64,000 nt of DNA, taken from positions 1,728,001 to 1,792,000 of the forward strand of contig OZ250186.1 of assembly GCA_965238275.1 (NCBI GenBank), read 5' to 3'. Numbering within the stretch: position 1 is the first letter of the stretch; the number at the start of each line of letters is the position of its first letter. Origin of the DNA: Nitrosopumilus sp. (GTDB taxonomy: Archaea; Thermoproteota; Nitrososphaeria; Nitrososphaerales; Nitrosopumilaceae). The notes beneath the pieces are model-generated. The model had not been told where the DNA came from, made no database searches, and worked only from the letters and a program-made list of their open reading frames with translations. Shown here piece after piece: positions 44,095 through 53,389 of the stretch. Made by a program: the position numbers and the translations under genes.

Positions 44095-45717
44095 TCAGAC
44101 CGAGTCCAGCTCTGCCAGCAGGGCAGGACGCCTCGGGAACTCTTTGCGTATCGAATCGATAAACTTTTGAAACTCAAAGACGTGCCCCGGGACGGACTTC
44201 ATCAGGCGCAGGTGATCGCCAAATCGTCTGTAGTCCTTGCCGTCCCTGCCCGGGTCGGCACCCTCAAGCAGCTTCCTGTACGCTGCATAGTACCTGTCCG
44301 GGTACTGCATGCACAGGGGATCATGGTACGTCCCCAGCAGATCCAGGCTCCCTGCAGATACCACCTCCGAGACTGCCCGGTCATTGTGGCCTTCCCGGAG
44401 GAGCACACCCACCAGGGTTTTGAGATTCCCCATGCGTCGGAGTCTGTCAAGGACTGACTCGACGGCATCCTGCCTGTTGTCAGATGACTTTGTCAGGGAG
44501 TTGTAGTAACTCCACATGTCCGTGCTGCAAAAAAGCGTCTCCAACAGGATCACGCGCCTGGGCTCCCCGTCATGGTACAGTTGGAGGGCCGCATCCAGCA
44601 TGGCCCTGCAGGGGAACATGCCGATTCCCTCATCTGCCACGCTTTTGGCCCTGTCCAGATCCGACCCCTTTAGGTGCTCTATGTACTGCAGGCACACGTG
44701 TATGTTGGAGCGGTAGTTTTTCAGGTAGGCCTCCCCGCAGGACGGATCGCCGAGTTTGTCCAGGATGTGTATCTGCATGCTTGTCAGTGTCTCGTTGCTG
44801 ATGTCGCGTTTCCGGCGCATCCGGTCAGCCAGTATCGGCTCCAGCAAACCCTTCCAGTACAGCAGATCCTGCCTGTCAGTGCAGACGTTCTTGAGGGCGT
44901 CTGCACAGTATTCGATGAAATACGGTGCATCGGACTTTGCCAGATCAAACAGGTGCGATATGTGCTGGCGCTTCTGCCCATGTTCAAGTTTCTGCCCGTT
45001 TATGCAGTCGGCCATTCCCTCAGCGGCCTTGGCAAAATAGTTATCGTAACGCGCCTCGGCATCGTCAACTTGCTCCATGTTGGCCTCCACTGCATCTGCC
45101 ATGGCCGCGTATATGCTGAGTGCCTCTGCGTAGCCGGCCCCGTTTGCCATCGCCTTGGCCGTCTTGAAGAAGGGGCCTAGGTTCACCCGGGCATAGTAAC
45201 CGTCGCTCCTGTATCCCCTGGCATACACCCGGTCTATCTCCTCGCGGTAGTTTCTATTGCCCTTTACCCCGTGGTATGCCATAAACTGGCTCCGCAGGTC
45301 CTTGTCGCGCTTCATGGCAAGTTCAAGGAATTCCCTGAGGGACTCGGCGGATGCGTTCTTGAGGATGCTCTTGACGCCGGGGCCCCTCTTGGCGCGGCCT
45401 GTTCGGATGCTGTCAGGGTTTTGGGATACGTAAAGCAGGACTGCTGCGATATGCTCGCAGGCGTTCTTCTTGCACGTGCAGTCGCGCTTTGCGCCGCCGG
45501 AAAGCAGGGATGCCGTGACGCGGTACCTTTCTGTGTCTGCCACATACGCAATCACGGCCCCGCCGCTGACCTTTACTGAGGTTACAGCGCCGCGCTCAAG
45601 CAGCCTTTTGCCCCTCTCAAGGGATTCTGCGGTGCCTGCGTCCCATGTCCTGGGTTCTGCGGATCCGTCGGAGGGGTAACTGCCAGACTCGGGCCATCCC
45701 GGCACAGGGGTTCTCAT
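44095..45717 (-). CDS. SWIM Zn-finger protein with helical-repeat C-terminus
   Basis: ERGKRL...V.....YRV...CTC....CEHIAAVLL SWIM motif; ends RRPALLAEL. Confidence 0.85.
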   Translation of the reverse strand: MRTPVPGWPESGSYPSDGSAEPRTWDAGTAESLERGKRLLERGAVTSVKVSGGAVIAYVADTERYRVTASLLSGGAKRDCTCKKNACEHIAAVLLYVSQNPDSIRTGRAKRGPGVKSILKNASAESLREFLELAMKRDKDLRSQFMAYHGVKGNRNYREEIDRVYARGYRSDGYYARVNLGPFFKTAKAMANGAGYAEALSIYAAMADAVEANMEQVDDAEARYDNYFAKAAEGMADCINGQKLEHGQKRQHISHLFDLAKSDAPYFIEYCADALKNVCTDRQDLLYWKGLLEPILADRMRRKRDISNETLTSMQIHILDKLGDPSCGEAYLKNYRSNIHVCLQYIEHLKGSDLDRAKSVADEGIGMFPCRAMLDAALQLYHDGEPRRVILLETLFCSTDMWSYYNSLTKSSDNRQDAVESVLDRLRRMGNLKTLVGVLLREGHNDRAVSEVVSAGSLDLLGTYHDPLCMQYPDRYYAAYRKLLEGADPGRDGKDYRRFGDHLRLMKSVPGHVFEFQKFIDSIRKEFPRRPALLAELDSV

Positions 45718-46546
45718 GCAGGATGCATGTGTGACGGGGTATTTTATGGATTCTGTGTGTGGCCGGAGGGAGACGTCTGCAGTTTAGTCGGGCAGGGGCA
45801 TGGCTCGTGAGGGCACATGTGAACTGTCGTCTCTTTTTGTTGAACGGCAGCATGCCCGTCTCATGCGCCGCGGCAATCTGCGCAGATTCCGTGTGGGAAC
45901 CCAGCCCTGCTCTCGGCTTTGGGCTTGATCTTTTTAGAAAAGCTGCAATCTGCGCAGATTCCGTGTGGGAATCCAGATCGGCATACGACTTGTGATTTCG
46001 CGTATTGACGATAACCTGCCTGTCTGTATTTCTTTTCATGCCCGGCTCTGCCTGCTTGCGCGGTGTCTTGCCACCCGGGACAGTATTCTGCTTGCCGATC
46101 CTTGGATCCTGGTTGCAAGTACCATTTGATTTTCCGGTCGGTTTTTTCACACATGGCTGATTCAGGCCACCACAGTTGTCATTGCAGGTGCTTTGCACGG
46201 ATGAGGTTTGGTGTTTTCCAGTCGGGATCGTCCATGATGGGCGATTCTGCCAGTCGTTGTGGGGAGCCGGAGGGCATGGTTTATTTTCCAGTCGGGATCG
46301 TCCATGATGGGCGATTTCGTTGCGATGCGTGGCAGCATTCCCGGAGTGTCATGCGCAACGGGGAAAAGCCGCAACCGATGCGTCCATTCCGTGCAGGACT
46401 GCCGGTTATGAGCCAGGCGTCTGAGGCAGAATGCCCGGCGGCCGTCCCGAGTGGCATTGCCCGGTGGCAGAAGCCCTTTCAGACACGGGCGTGCAGACTG
46501 GTTTTAGACGGGGCAGATCCTTCTACCTGCCTGCCTGCCCCGGATG

Positions 46547-47488
46547 TCAGGGCTGCCACCGTTTCAGCCCGAGGCACCCAAGCCGGTACATGGCTGCAAG
46601 CAGGTCCGGGGCCATGTACGCCGCGTTGAACACTGTAGACTGCTGACGGAATGCTATCCGCGCGACAAGGCAGGCGTACTCTAGTTCGTCAAGCATGTCC
46701 TCGAATCCGCGCCCGAACCGCTCCTGCAGGTCTGAATACTCTGCAAGTCCGCCGCCACGGGCAATGTATGCCAGACAGTCCCGGGCTGCGGGGGTAAGCA
46801 TTTCCAGTATCCTGCGCACCCTGTCCGTGGTGAGCGTCTTTGATATCTCCTGCGCCATCCGGGCATGCCCCATGCCGGACGGATCAATCCCAAGATTGTC
46901 GCAGGTGCCTTCCAGATCTAAAAGAGAATAGTTTTGCAGGAGCTGCAAAAGGCTGACGCCTGATGGAAGGTTCCCGGATCCGAGTCTGGCCATGGCCGAT
47001 TCGGAGTTTGAATTAAAGGCAATTTGCGTAACGTGTACTGCCCCCACTATCCTGTGTGTCTTGCCGCCGTTCCACGGGTGCACCAGTCCTGCAAACTCCA
47101 GACCGGGCACCAGATCCCTTGCGACGTGTTCTTCTGTCTCCAGACAGATGATACCCTTGCCTGTCCGGGATGCGGCCGTTATCAGCACGCCCCTGCATTC
47201 GAGCACAGAAAACAGGTCATGTTCCATCTCCTTTAGCAGGAGGATCCTTGACTTGAGCCTGCTCCCGCGCACGAACCTGTCTGTGAATTCGTCTAGAATG
47301 GTGGTTCCGGTTGCAGTGTTGACCATCTTGCAGGCGGCCCACAGCGATGCCTGGCTGAAGTGATCGTCCCGGTCCGGAGGGGTTTTGTAAGGGTATTTCT
47401 TTCCCATCACGTCGATGATATCGCCATAGTTCCACGTCACAAAATTCATGAAGCGATCCATAAAGTTCCCCTCATCGACTTCCAGCAT
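46547..47488 (-). CDS. uncharacterised protein, paralogue 2
   Basis: TGTTILDEFTDRFV...F.G.VHPW..G.THR..G; LTPAARDCL.YIA..GG...Y..LQERFG. Confidence 0.75.
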   Translation of the reverse strand: MLEVDEGNFMDRFMNFVTWNYGDIIDVMGKKYPYKTPPDRDDHFSQASLWAACKMVNTATGTTILDEFTDRFVRGSRLKSRILLLKEMEHDLFSVLECRGVLITAASRTGKGIICLETEEHVARDLVPGLEFAGLVHPWNGGKTHRIVGAVHVTQIAFNSNSESAMARLGSGNLPSGVSLLQLLQNYSLLDLEGTCDNLGIDPSGMGHARMAQEISKTLTTDRVRRILEMLTPAARDCLAYIARGGGLAEYSDLQERFGRGFEDMLDELEYACLVARIAFRQQSTVFNAAYMAPDLLAAMYRLGCLGLKRWQP

Positions 47489-47513
47489 TACATGCGCGGT
47501 TTATGCGGGAGGA

Positions 47514-48659
47514 TTATATTTCTTCAGCATGCAGGGATTCGTCCCGGAGGGGCATTCGTGTTATGTCCTGGGGCCAGTCAGGCCAGAGACTGTGCATGCA
47601 GGCAAGTACGTCTTCTGGGACTACGACATGCCGGTATTTGCTGCCGCGCTCCAGCACCCCCACGACGAGGAGGCCCCTCTTCCGGAGGTGTCCTATCGTG
47701 GATGTGGGCATCCAGGACTTCCACAGTTCTGCCGCGTCGTCTTTGCCAAAGTGCTTCTGGAGGGCGGCATACCGGATGATGCCCCCCGCGTCAGTCACAT
47801 GAACCAGGCAGTCCATCTCTTTTTTGGAGAGGCCATATATCACGCCGCGGAGTCTTTCTGATGTGAGGAACGAGGATATCGCATCAATCTTTTCTGCCTT
47901 GATCATCTTTGCCGTGCTGATTTTCAGGGTAGTGGAGATTCCGTCTACCCACTTGAGCGTAAGGTTTGTGAGGATGGAGGCCAGAGTCTGCCCCCTGCCG
48001 ACAGGTATGGACTCGGCACTCTTTTTGGCTCGCGCATCCATCTTTTGGCCCATCCTAAGCAGGCGGCCTACCGTGTCAGGATCCAGTGCGGGCATGACGT
48101 TTTGGCCCTCTCCAAATCGGGGAACAGTCGGCGCCATATGCGGGGGCAGAGCCATGATCAGTATGCCGCATGTCTTGTGCGTCCCGTCCTCAAGCCACGG
48201 GTGTATTATTCCGAAAAACTTCGCCCCCGCGTCATAACTCACAAAGGTTTTACGCGTGACCATGATTCGATAGTTTCTGCCTGCGCTGTTTCTGGCAGTG
48301 ATGATTCCGTTGTTTGCGCCCCTCTGTCTCTTGCCCGTGGTCGTGACATCTGCAGTTACCTTTGAGATTATCGTAAACTCGTCATAAAACGCGCCCCTTG
48401 CCCGGAGCAACATCCCGGCAAGCCGGGCATCCTTTACAAATCTCCGGGTAAACTCTTCTAGTATGGTCATTCCAGTCCGGGGGTTGGTTCGTAGGAAGAT
48501 GAACCATACGAAGAACTGCTTGATGGCGTGTTCCTCGTTGTAATCGTTCAGATTATACGGACACTGGGAGCGGCTTGGTTCAACGTCATCGCCGTATACT
48601 GCAACGGCGTAATCGTAAAGGTGCTGCTCAAAGTTGTCTGTTGTGGTTACCGGAATCAT
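47514..48659 (-). CDS. uncharacterised protein, paralogue 1
   Basis: FFVWFIFLRTNPRTGMTILEEFTRRFV...FFGIIHPW..GTHKTCG; LSKKEMDCL...GLLVVG...VVPED. Confidence 0.78.
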   Translation of the reverse strand: MIPVTTTDNFEQHLYDYAVAVYGDDVEPSRSQCPYNLNDYNEEHAIKQFFVWFIFLRTNPRTGMTILEEFTRRFVKDARLAGMLLRARGAFYDEFTIISKVTADVTTTGKRQRGANNGIITARNSAGRNYRIMVTRKTFVSYDAGAKFFGIIHPWLEDGTHKTCGILIMALPPHMAPTVPRFGEGQNVMPALDPDTVGRLLRMGQKMDARAKKSAESIPVGRGQTLASILTNLTLKWVDGISTTLKISTAKMIKAEKIDAISSFLTSERLRGVIYGLSKKEMDCLVHVTDAGGIIRYAALQKHFGKDDAAELWKSWMPTSTIGHLRKRGLLVVGVLERGSKYRHVVVPEDVLACMHSLWPDWPQDITRMPLRDESLHAEEI

Positions 48660-48771
48660 GCAGGATGCATGCCGTGTACTAGAAATATTTCTTTCCGTGC
48701 AGGCGTGTCCGGGCAGATGCCCGAAGGCCAGTGCTTGAACCGGTATGTCCCCGTGGAATACAGTTTGGGTG

Positions 48772-50012
48772 TGGGCCGGACCCCGCTAGAATGAGACCGA
48801 TCAAATCCGAATGCCTTTTGGAGCAGGGGGTCGAGGGAAGGACATGAGCAAGAGACGTAGTCCCCAGGACAAGGCCAGGATAGTGATGGAGTTTTTTACC
48901 ACCAATGTGCCAGCTGCCGAATTGTGCCGAAAGCACAACGTGTCGCCTGCAACCTTCCAAGACTGGAAGGACAAGTTCCTGCAGGGAGGCAAGCAGGCTC
49001 TCATAAACAGGGGGGATGCAGCCAAAAACCATTTGGCAGAGGTGGAAAACCTCAAGCGCATAATAGGCGAGATCACCGTAGCCAACGACATTTTAAAAAA
49101 AACTTTGGAGGGAACAAAGTGATGAGGATGCAGGCCGTAAGTGACGTAAGCAAGTGCATGAGCCTGAACAGGGCCCTGCAATACTGCGGCATGTCCAAAC
49201 ACTCCTGGTACTACACCAAGAAGCCAAGAGACATGGCCATGGACCCAGACGTGGTTGACGTGGTTAGGAAGATAGCCTCCAAGCGCCCCACGTACGGAAC
49301 CAGACGCATGGCCGCGCAGGTCGCCAGGGAGACAAACGTTCCAACAAATCGCAAGAAAATACAGCGGATATATCACAAAATAGGCTGGATCGAGCCCAAA
49401 AAAACTAAAAACGACATCATTCGTGCCTCAAGGCGCAGGAGGTTCAAGCCCACCGCACCCAACCAGCTGTGGGAGACTGACATAGCGTACATCCACTGCG
49501 GGGTCGACGGATGGTGCTACTGTTTCAATGTCCTTGACGTATTTACCAGAAAGTGGATGGCGCACATGTTTGACACCACGGCTCCTGCCCACACGGCAGT
49601 GCAATCGGTGCTAAAGGCGGTGTCGTCTGCAGGAGAGATCTCAAACCTGAGGCTCAGGACCGACAACGGTTCCCAGTACAGCAGCCGCGAATTCAAAAAG
49701 GCCATGCAGGCGCTGGGGATAAAGCACGAGTTCATCTGGAAGCAGACACCGGAACAGAACGGACACGTGGAGTCATTCCACGGGACGCTCAAAAGGGAGT
49801 ACATCTGGCCGCATGAGTTTGCGCGCTTTCAAGATGCAGAGGTCGTACTTGCAAAGGCCTTTGAGGACTACAACAAGGACAGGATCCACTCGGCTCTGGG
49901 GTATCTCACACCCGACGAGTTTATCGGCAAGATGGAGGTTGAGAATAAATGAGAGACATGATTATTCGGAAAAAGATGCAAAAAGTGGTACCAAAAACAA
50001 GGATCCAGATCA
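48772..50012 (+). mobile_element. IS3-family element (orfA 48844-49122, orfB ~49119-49952)
   Basis: HTH orfA; slippery TTTTAAAAAAAAC; orfB YGTRR, PNQLWETD, LRTDNGSQY, NGHVESFH, RIHSALGY; weak TG...CA inverted ends, boundaries tentative. Confidence 0.88.
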
Positions 50013-50351
50013 ACATACTATAGCCTGGATGTAAAGATATGTGCCAGATATATTGTGCGCTTGAAAAAGACGGACCCCGACAGGGTATCAGAGATCAAAA
50101 GTGAGGGGGCAAAAATCTTCCCTCACACGGATTATTACTTTGAACAAAGCAGTATCGCAAATGGTGAGCCCTGGCGGGAAAAGTTCTGTTGACTGTCAGG
50201 AACGCATTCTGACTGCAGAACCAAATCCCACACGCCCTCAGGCGCATTTGATCGTCACCGTCAGTACATGGTATTTCCAAATTCGAATTTAGAATGCCCG
50301 CATTGCCTCACAAACAGCCACATCCGTCCTGCCTAGGCACCAGCATGCAGT

Positions 50352-50379
50352 ATGTTTCTAAATTCGAATTTAGAAACAT
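50352..50379. repeat. perfect 28-bp palindrome ATGTTTCTAAATTCGAATTTAGAAACAT
   Basis: Self-complementary; identical copy at 55181-55208, degenerate copy at ~50275-50294. Confidence 0.9.
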
Positions 50380-50431
50380 TCAAGATCCATGCCTCCAACC
50401 ATACAAATAGAACCGGCGGCAACCCACCCCC

Positions 50432-50866
50432 ATGAGCGCGTCCCGGATGAGAGACAATGTGGAGAGATGGCTGGTTCACCATGATCTCTCCTTCAAATCC
50501 GTCAAGAATACTGAAAACACGTTTCACATACTGGTACGGCATACAAACCATCCAATCGAGATATTCGAGCCAAAGGCCCAGCCCGGAACAATAGTGGTCG
50601 GGGCCAAGGCAGTCATGAGAAACAACCAGATCAGAAGGTACCAGGAGTTCAACGAGGACGAGAAGAAGAGATGGGAGGAAAGGGTCAGGGACTTTTGCAC
50701 ATCCATTCATGCCATAAACCGCAACATGACAGAGGACGGCAAACAGAAGATTGGAGTGTACATTGTATTAGACAAGGACATCAACCAGCAGGTGCTGCTA
50801 GATGCGATAGACCAGATAGCAGTCATGCATGAAAAGACATCAAGGTTCCTGATGAAGACGTTCTAG
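50432..50866 (+). CDS. DUF2299-like hypothetical protein
   Basis: VERWL.H..LSF... type III chaperone-like pattern seen in archaeal DUF2299. Confidence 0.55.
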   Translation: MSASRMRDNVERWLVHHDLSFKSVKNTENTFHILVRHTNHPIEIFEPKAQPGTIVVGAKAVMRNNQIRRYQEFNEDEKKRWEERVRDFCTSIHAINRNMTEDGKQKIGVYIVLDKDINQQVLLDAIDQIAVMHEKTSRFLMKTF

Positions 50867-51359
50867 TTCGTGCCTGAACCGCATCACTCCTTACCCACAT
50901 CGAGTCCAAAACCCCCTACCCTTTGGAGTGAAACATGCCATTACACACAGGCACAGGGCAGGCACGCAGGGCCACAACATGCCAATCCGTGCCTAGGTGC
51001 TAAACCCCCCTGCACAGCCACCACACCTAGGCACGATCCCATATTTCCAAAAACGGCCGATTTGAGGGGGGGTTTAGCGTTCGTGCCTAGGGGTGCGATG
51101 CAACCCCCAAACCACCCCGATAGCTCACCAGAACATGCCCAATCTTTTATTTCCGTGCCTGAAAGCTAAACCCCCCAATAATGGGAGTATCCATGAGGCT
51201 ACAGGTGGTTCCAGGCACGCATCAGAATACCAGAATCAGTACAAGACAAGGCAGAGATGCCAATCAGACACGATGCGATATTCCATGTCCAGATTTCATC
51301 TTAGGAACCTTCAACTTTGAAGGCAGTAGGAAAACATTACATAGTGTCCGCGCATCAGA

Positions 51360-51809
51360 ATGGCAAATGCAAACAGGGTACTGCTGTCAGCCTTGGTGAT
51401 TGGAGGCGTTGCAGTATTGTTATTTTTTGTGATCAATAATGAAGAAAATACCATGCCAGAGCCACAGCCAGATGTGTCAAACCAGACCGCTGCCAGTATG
51501 CCTGGAGATGACGCAGACCCCATGCCAGAGCCACAGCCAGATGTGTCAAACCAGACCGCTGCCAGTATGCCGGGAAGTGTCACATACCCCATGCCAGAGC
51601 CACAGCCAGATGTGTCAAACCAGACCGCTGCCAGTATGCCGGGAAGTGTCACAGACCCCATGCCAGAGTCATCACGTGAGCATGGCATTCCAATAAATAA
51701 AATCACATGTCCCGATTCAAAAATACCTGTCTACTCCCCGGGCAACAGACCCGTCTGTGTATCTCCCCAGACGGTTCCAATGTTTGGATCTGCGGGTTGG
51801 GAATTACTA
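51360..51809 (+). pseudogene. exported protein, 5' part (interrupted by the TnpB element)
   Basis: Signal/TM, 23-aa repeats, C..P.CV.P.T....GW module; joins in frame to 53326-54213. Confidence 0.85.
51451..51668 (+). repeat. 69-bp in-frame tandem repeat (3 units + partial)
   Basis: Encodes MPEPQPDVSNQTAASMPG(x4)P. Confidence 0.9.
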
Positions 51810-53323
51810 TAGTGAAAAGCGAAAGTTCGTGCAATTTTTTGAGATCCTTTTTAAGAAAATAAATCCCAACTACAGGTATGATTGTCAGTAAAATCATCAA
51901 GATAACACAATCTCGGGAACTGTCACGCAAGATCGTGAAATGCTCCCGGGAAACAGACATCATTTACGACATGACAATCATGATGAAACTTGCACACTCA
52001 CGGATCACACAGTTTGATGTCAACAACCTGATAACAGGATGGCGCAGGGAATTCAACCTGACCAACAGCGTCCGCATGCATGAGGCCGCCTCAAAACAGG
52101 CTTTCCAGGCGGCAGTCAAATTCCGCAAGGCAAACCGGCTCAAGCACAACAAGCGCATCTGGCGCAAGAAGCAGATCAAGCTGGGGAAAAAGAAGACGTA
52201 CAAGCACAATCGGTGGACCGAGCCGTCCAGCCTGATGAGGCGCGGCAGGAAAACAACCAGGCTGCGCTCGCTGAATTCACGCGGAAAGCCAAAACTGCGA
52301 GACAGTGGAGCCGTGTTTCTGCCCGGACTCGGGGAAGCAAGGCCACGCACGAAGGCTCCGGAAGGCAGGCTCGTGTCATTCCAGATGATTGACACCACGG
52401 GCAAGGTCACGCGTAAGACCAAGGATGGTGATCGCGAATTCAAACTGCATTTGCAGATAGAAGTCCCAGACCCCGAACCCGCGACAGGCGGTGGTGGTGG
52501 CGGCGGATGCAAGGCAGGGCTAGATCTTGGAGTCAGGCACCTTGCGGCAGTCGCAGACGAGCATGGGAACGAAAAACTGCACAATGTCCCCGGAGGCTGC
52601 AAGAGGCATGACGGCGACAGGATTGATCAGCTGAAATCACTTAGATCAAGATGCCAGGCAGGCTCCAGAAGATGGAAAGAGATCGGCCGCAAGGTAACGC
52701 ATGAATTGAAAAAGATATCAAACAGGCAAAAACACAACGAGGCCGACATTGCCAGGCGGATAACAAAAGGACTGTCCGTATTGTTCTTGGAAGATCTGGA
52801 TTTGACCAAGATGAGGCGATCCTGCGGGGCGGCTTCAAAGACGGGGTTGAACCGCGAGATGGCCTATTCCAGAATGGGCGAGTTCAGGATCCAGCTTGAA
52901 TGGCAGATGAAAAAGAAAGGCGGAATTTCAAGACGCGTGGAACCCGCACATACAAGCCAGAGATGCGCTGCCTGCGGGGTAGTGGACAAGAAATCCAGGA
53001 ACGGCGAATCATTTGTCTGCACCTCATGCGGATGGTGCCACCATGCCGACAAGAACGCGGCAAAAAACATTTTGGATAATGACTGTCTCCATACGGAGGA
53101 GACTGGCGGCCAAGCCCACGGGAATCGTGGAGGCACCATTGCAGGTGTCGAGGTCGTCACAAGGCGCGAGGATCACGGATCGGATGGTTCTGGAATGAAC
53201 AATTCGACAGGTCGGCTTGGATCCGACAACGACGACAATATTGGAAGGTCTGACAGAGCGCCGGAAAGAGCATCAGGACATGCTACAGAGAGATCTGTTT
53301 GCACGAACTTTCGCTCGCCGCTA
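51810..53323 (+). mobile_element. non-autonomous TIR element carrying tnpB, TA target duplication
   Basis: Left TAGTGAAAAGCGAAAGTTCGTGCAA vs reverse complement of right TAGCGGCGAGCGAAAGTTCGTGCAA (21/25, inner 17 perfect); TA at 51808-09 and 53324-25. Confidence 0.9.
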
Positions 53324-53389
53324 TACCAAATGTATCCCCCGGGCAGGATTATTTACCGCCCCCAATGCACTGTGATAAAATATGGGTGA
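51878..53389 (+). CDS. tnpB: TnpB RNA-guided endonuclease
   Basis: RuvC-I GLDLG, RuvC-II LEDL, TSQRCAACG...FVCTSCG Zn finger, RuvC-III ADKNAAKNI; TTTTTAAG box upstream of the ATG. Confidence 0.92.
   Translation: MIVSKIIKITQSRELSRKIVKCSRETDIIYDMTIMMKLAHSRITQFDVNNLITGWRREFNLTNSVRMHEAASKQAFQAAVKFRKANRLKHNKRIWRKKQIKLGKKKTYKHNRWTEPSSLMRRGRKTTRLRSLNSRGKPKLRDSGAVFLPGLGEARPRTKAPEGRLVSFQMIDTTGKVTRKTKDGDREFKLHLQIEVPDPEPATGGGGGGGCKAGLDLGVRHLAAVADEHGNEKLHNVPGGCKRHDGDRIDQLKSLRSRCQAGSRRWKEIGRKVTHELKKISNRQKHNEADIARRITKGLSVLFLEDLDLTKMRRSCGAASKTGLNREMAYSRMGEFRIQLEWQMKKKGGISRRVEPAHTSQRCAACGVVDKKSRNGESFVCTSCGWCHHADKNAAKNILDNDCLHTEETGGQAHGNRGGTIAGVEVVTRREDHGSDGSGMNNSTGRLGSDNDDNIGRSDRAPERASGHATERSVCTNFRSPLYQMYPPGRIIYRPQCTVIKYG

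Noticed and set aside
45873-46316. Bona fide CRISPR locus
   Set aside because: Only two copies of each of two unrelated repeats; no leader or cas genes.
50900-51180. Replication origin with ORB G-strings
   Set aside because: G-runs are present but there is no convincing TCCA..GAAAC core, no cdc6/orc1 and no AT-rich unwinding element.
51451-51668. CRISPR array next to a Cas12f-like gene
   Set aside because: The 69-bp period is in frame within a protein, the variable parts are only ~12 bp and mutually similar, and the repeats lie outside the TIR-bounded element in the host gene.
51878-53389. Standard IS605/IS607 element or Cas12f
   Set aside because: No Y1 or serine tnpA, no cas genes or array; the boundaries are defined by TIRs, a TA duplication and the restored host frame.
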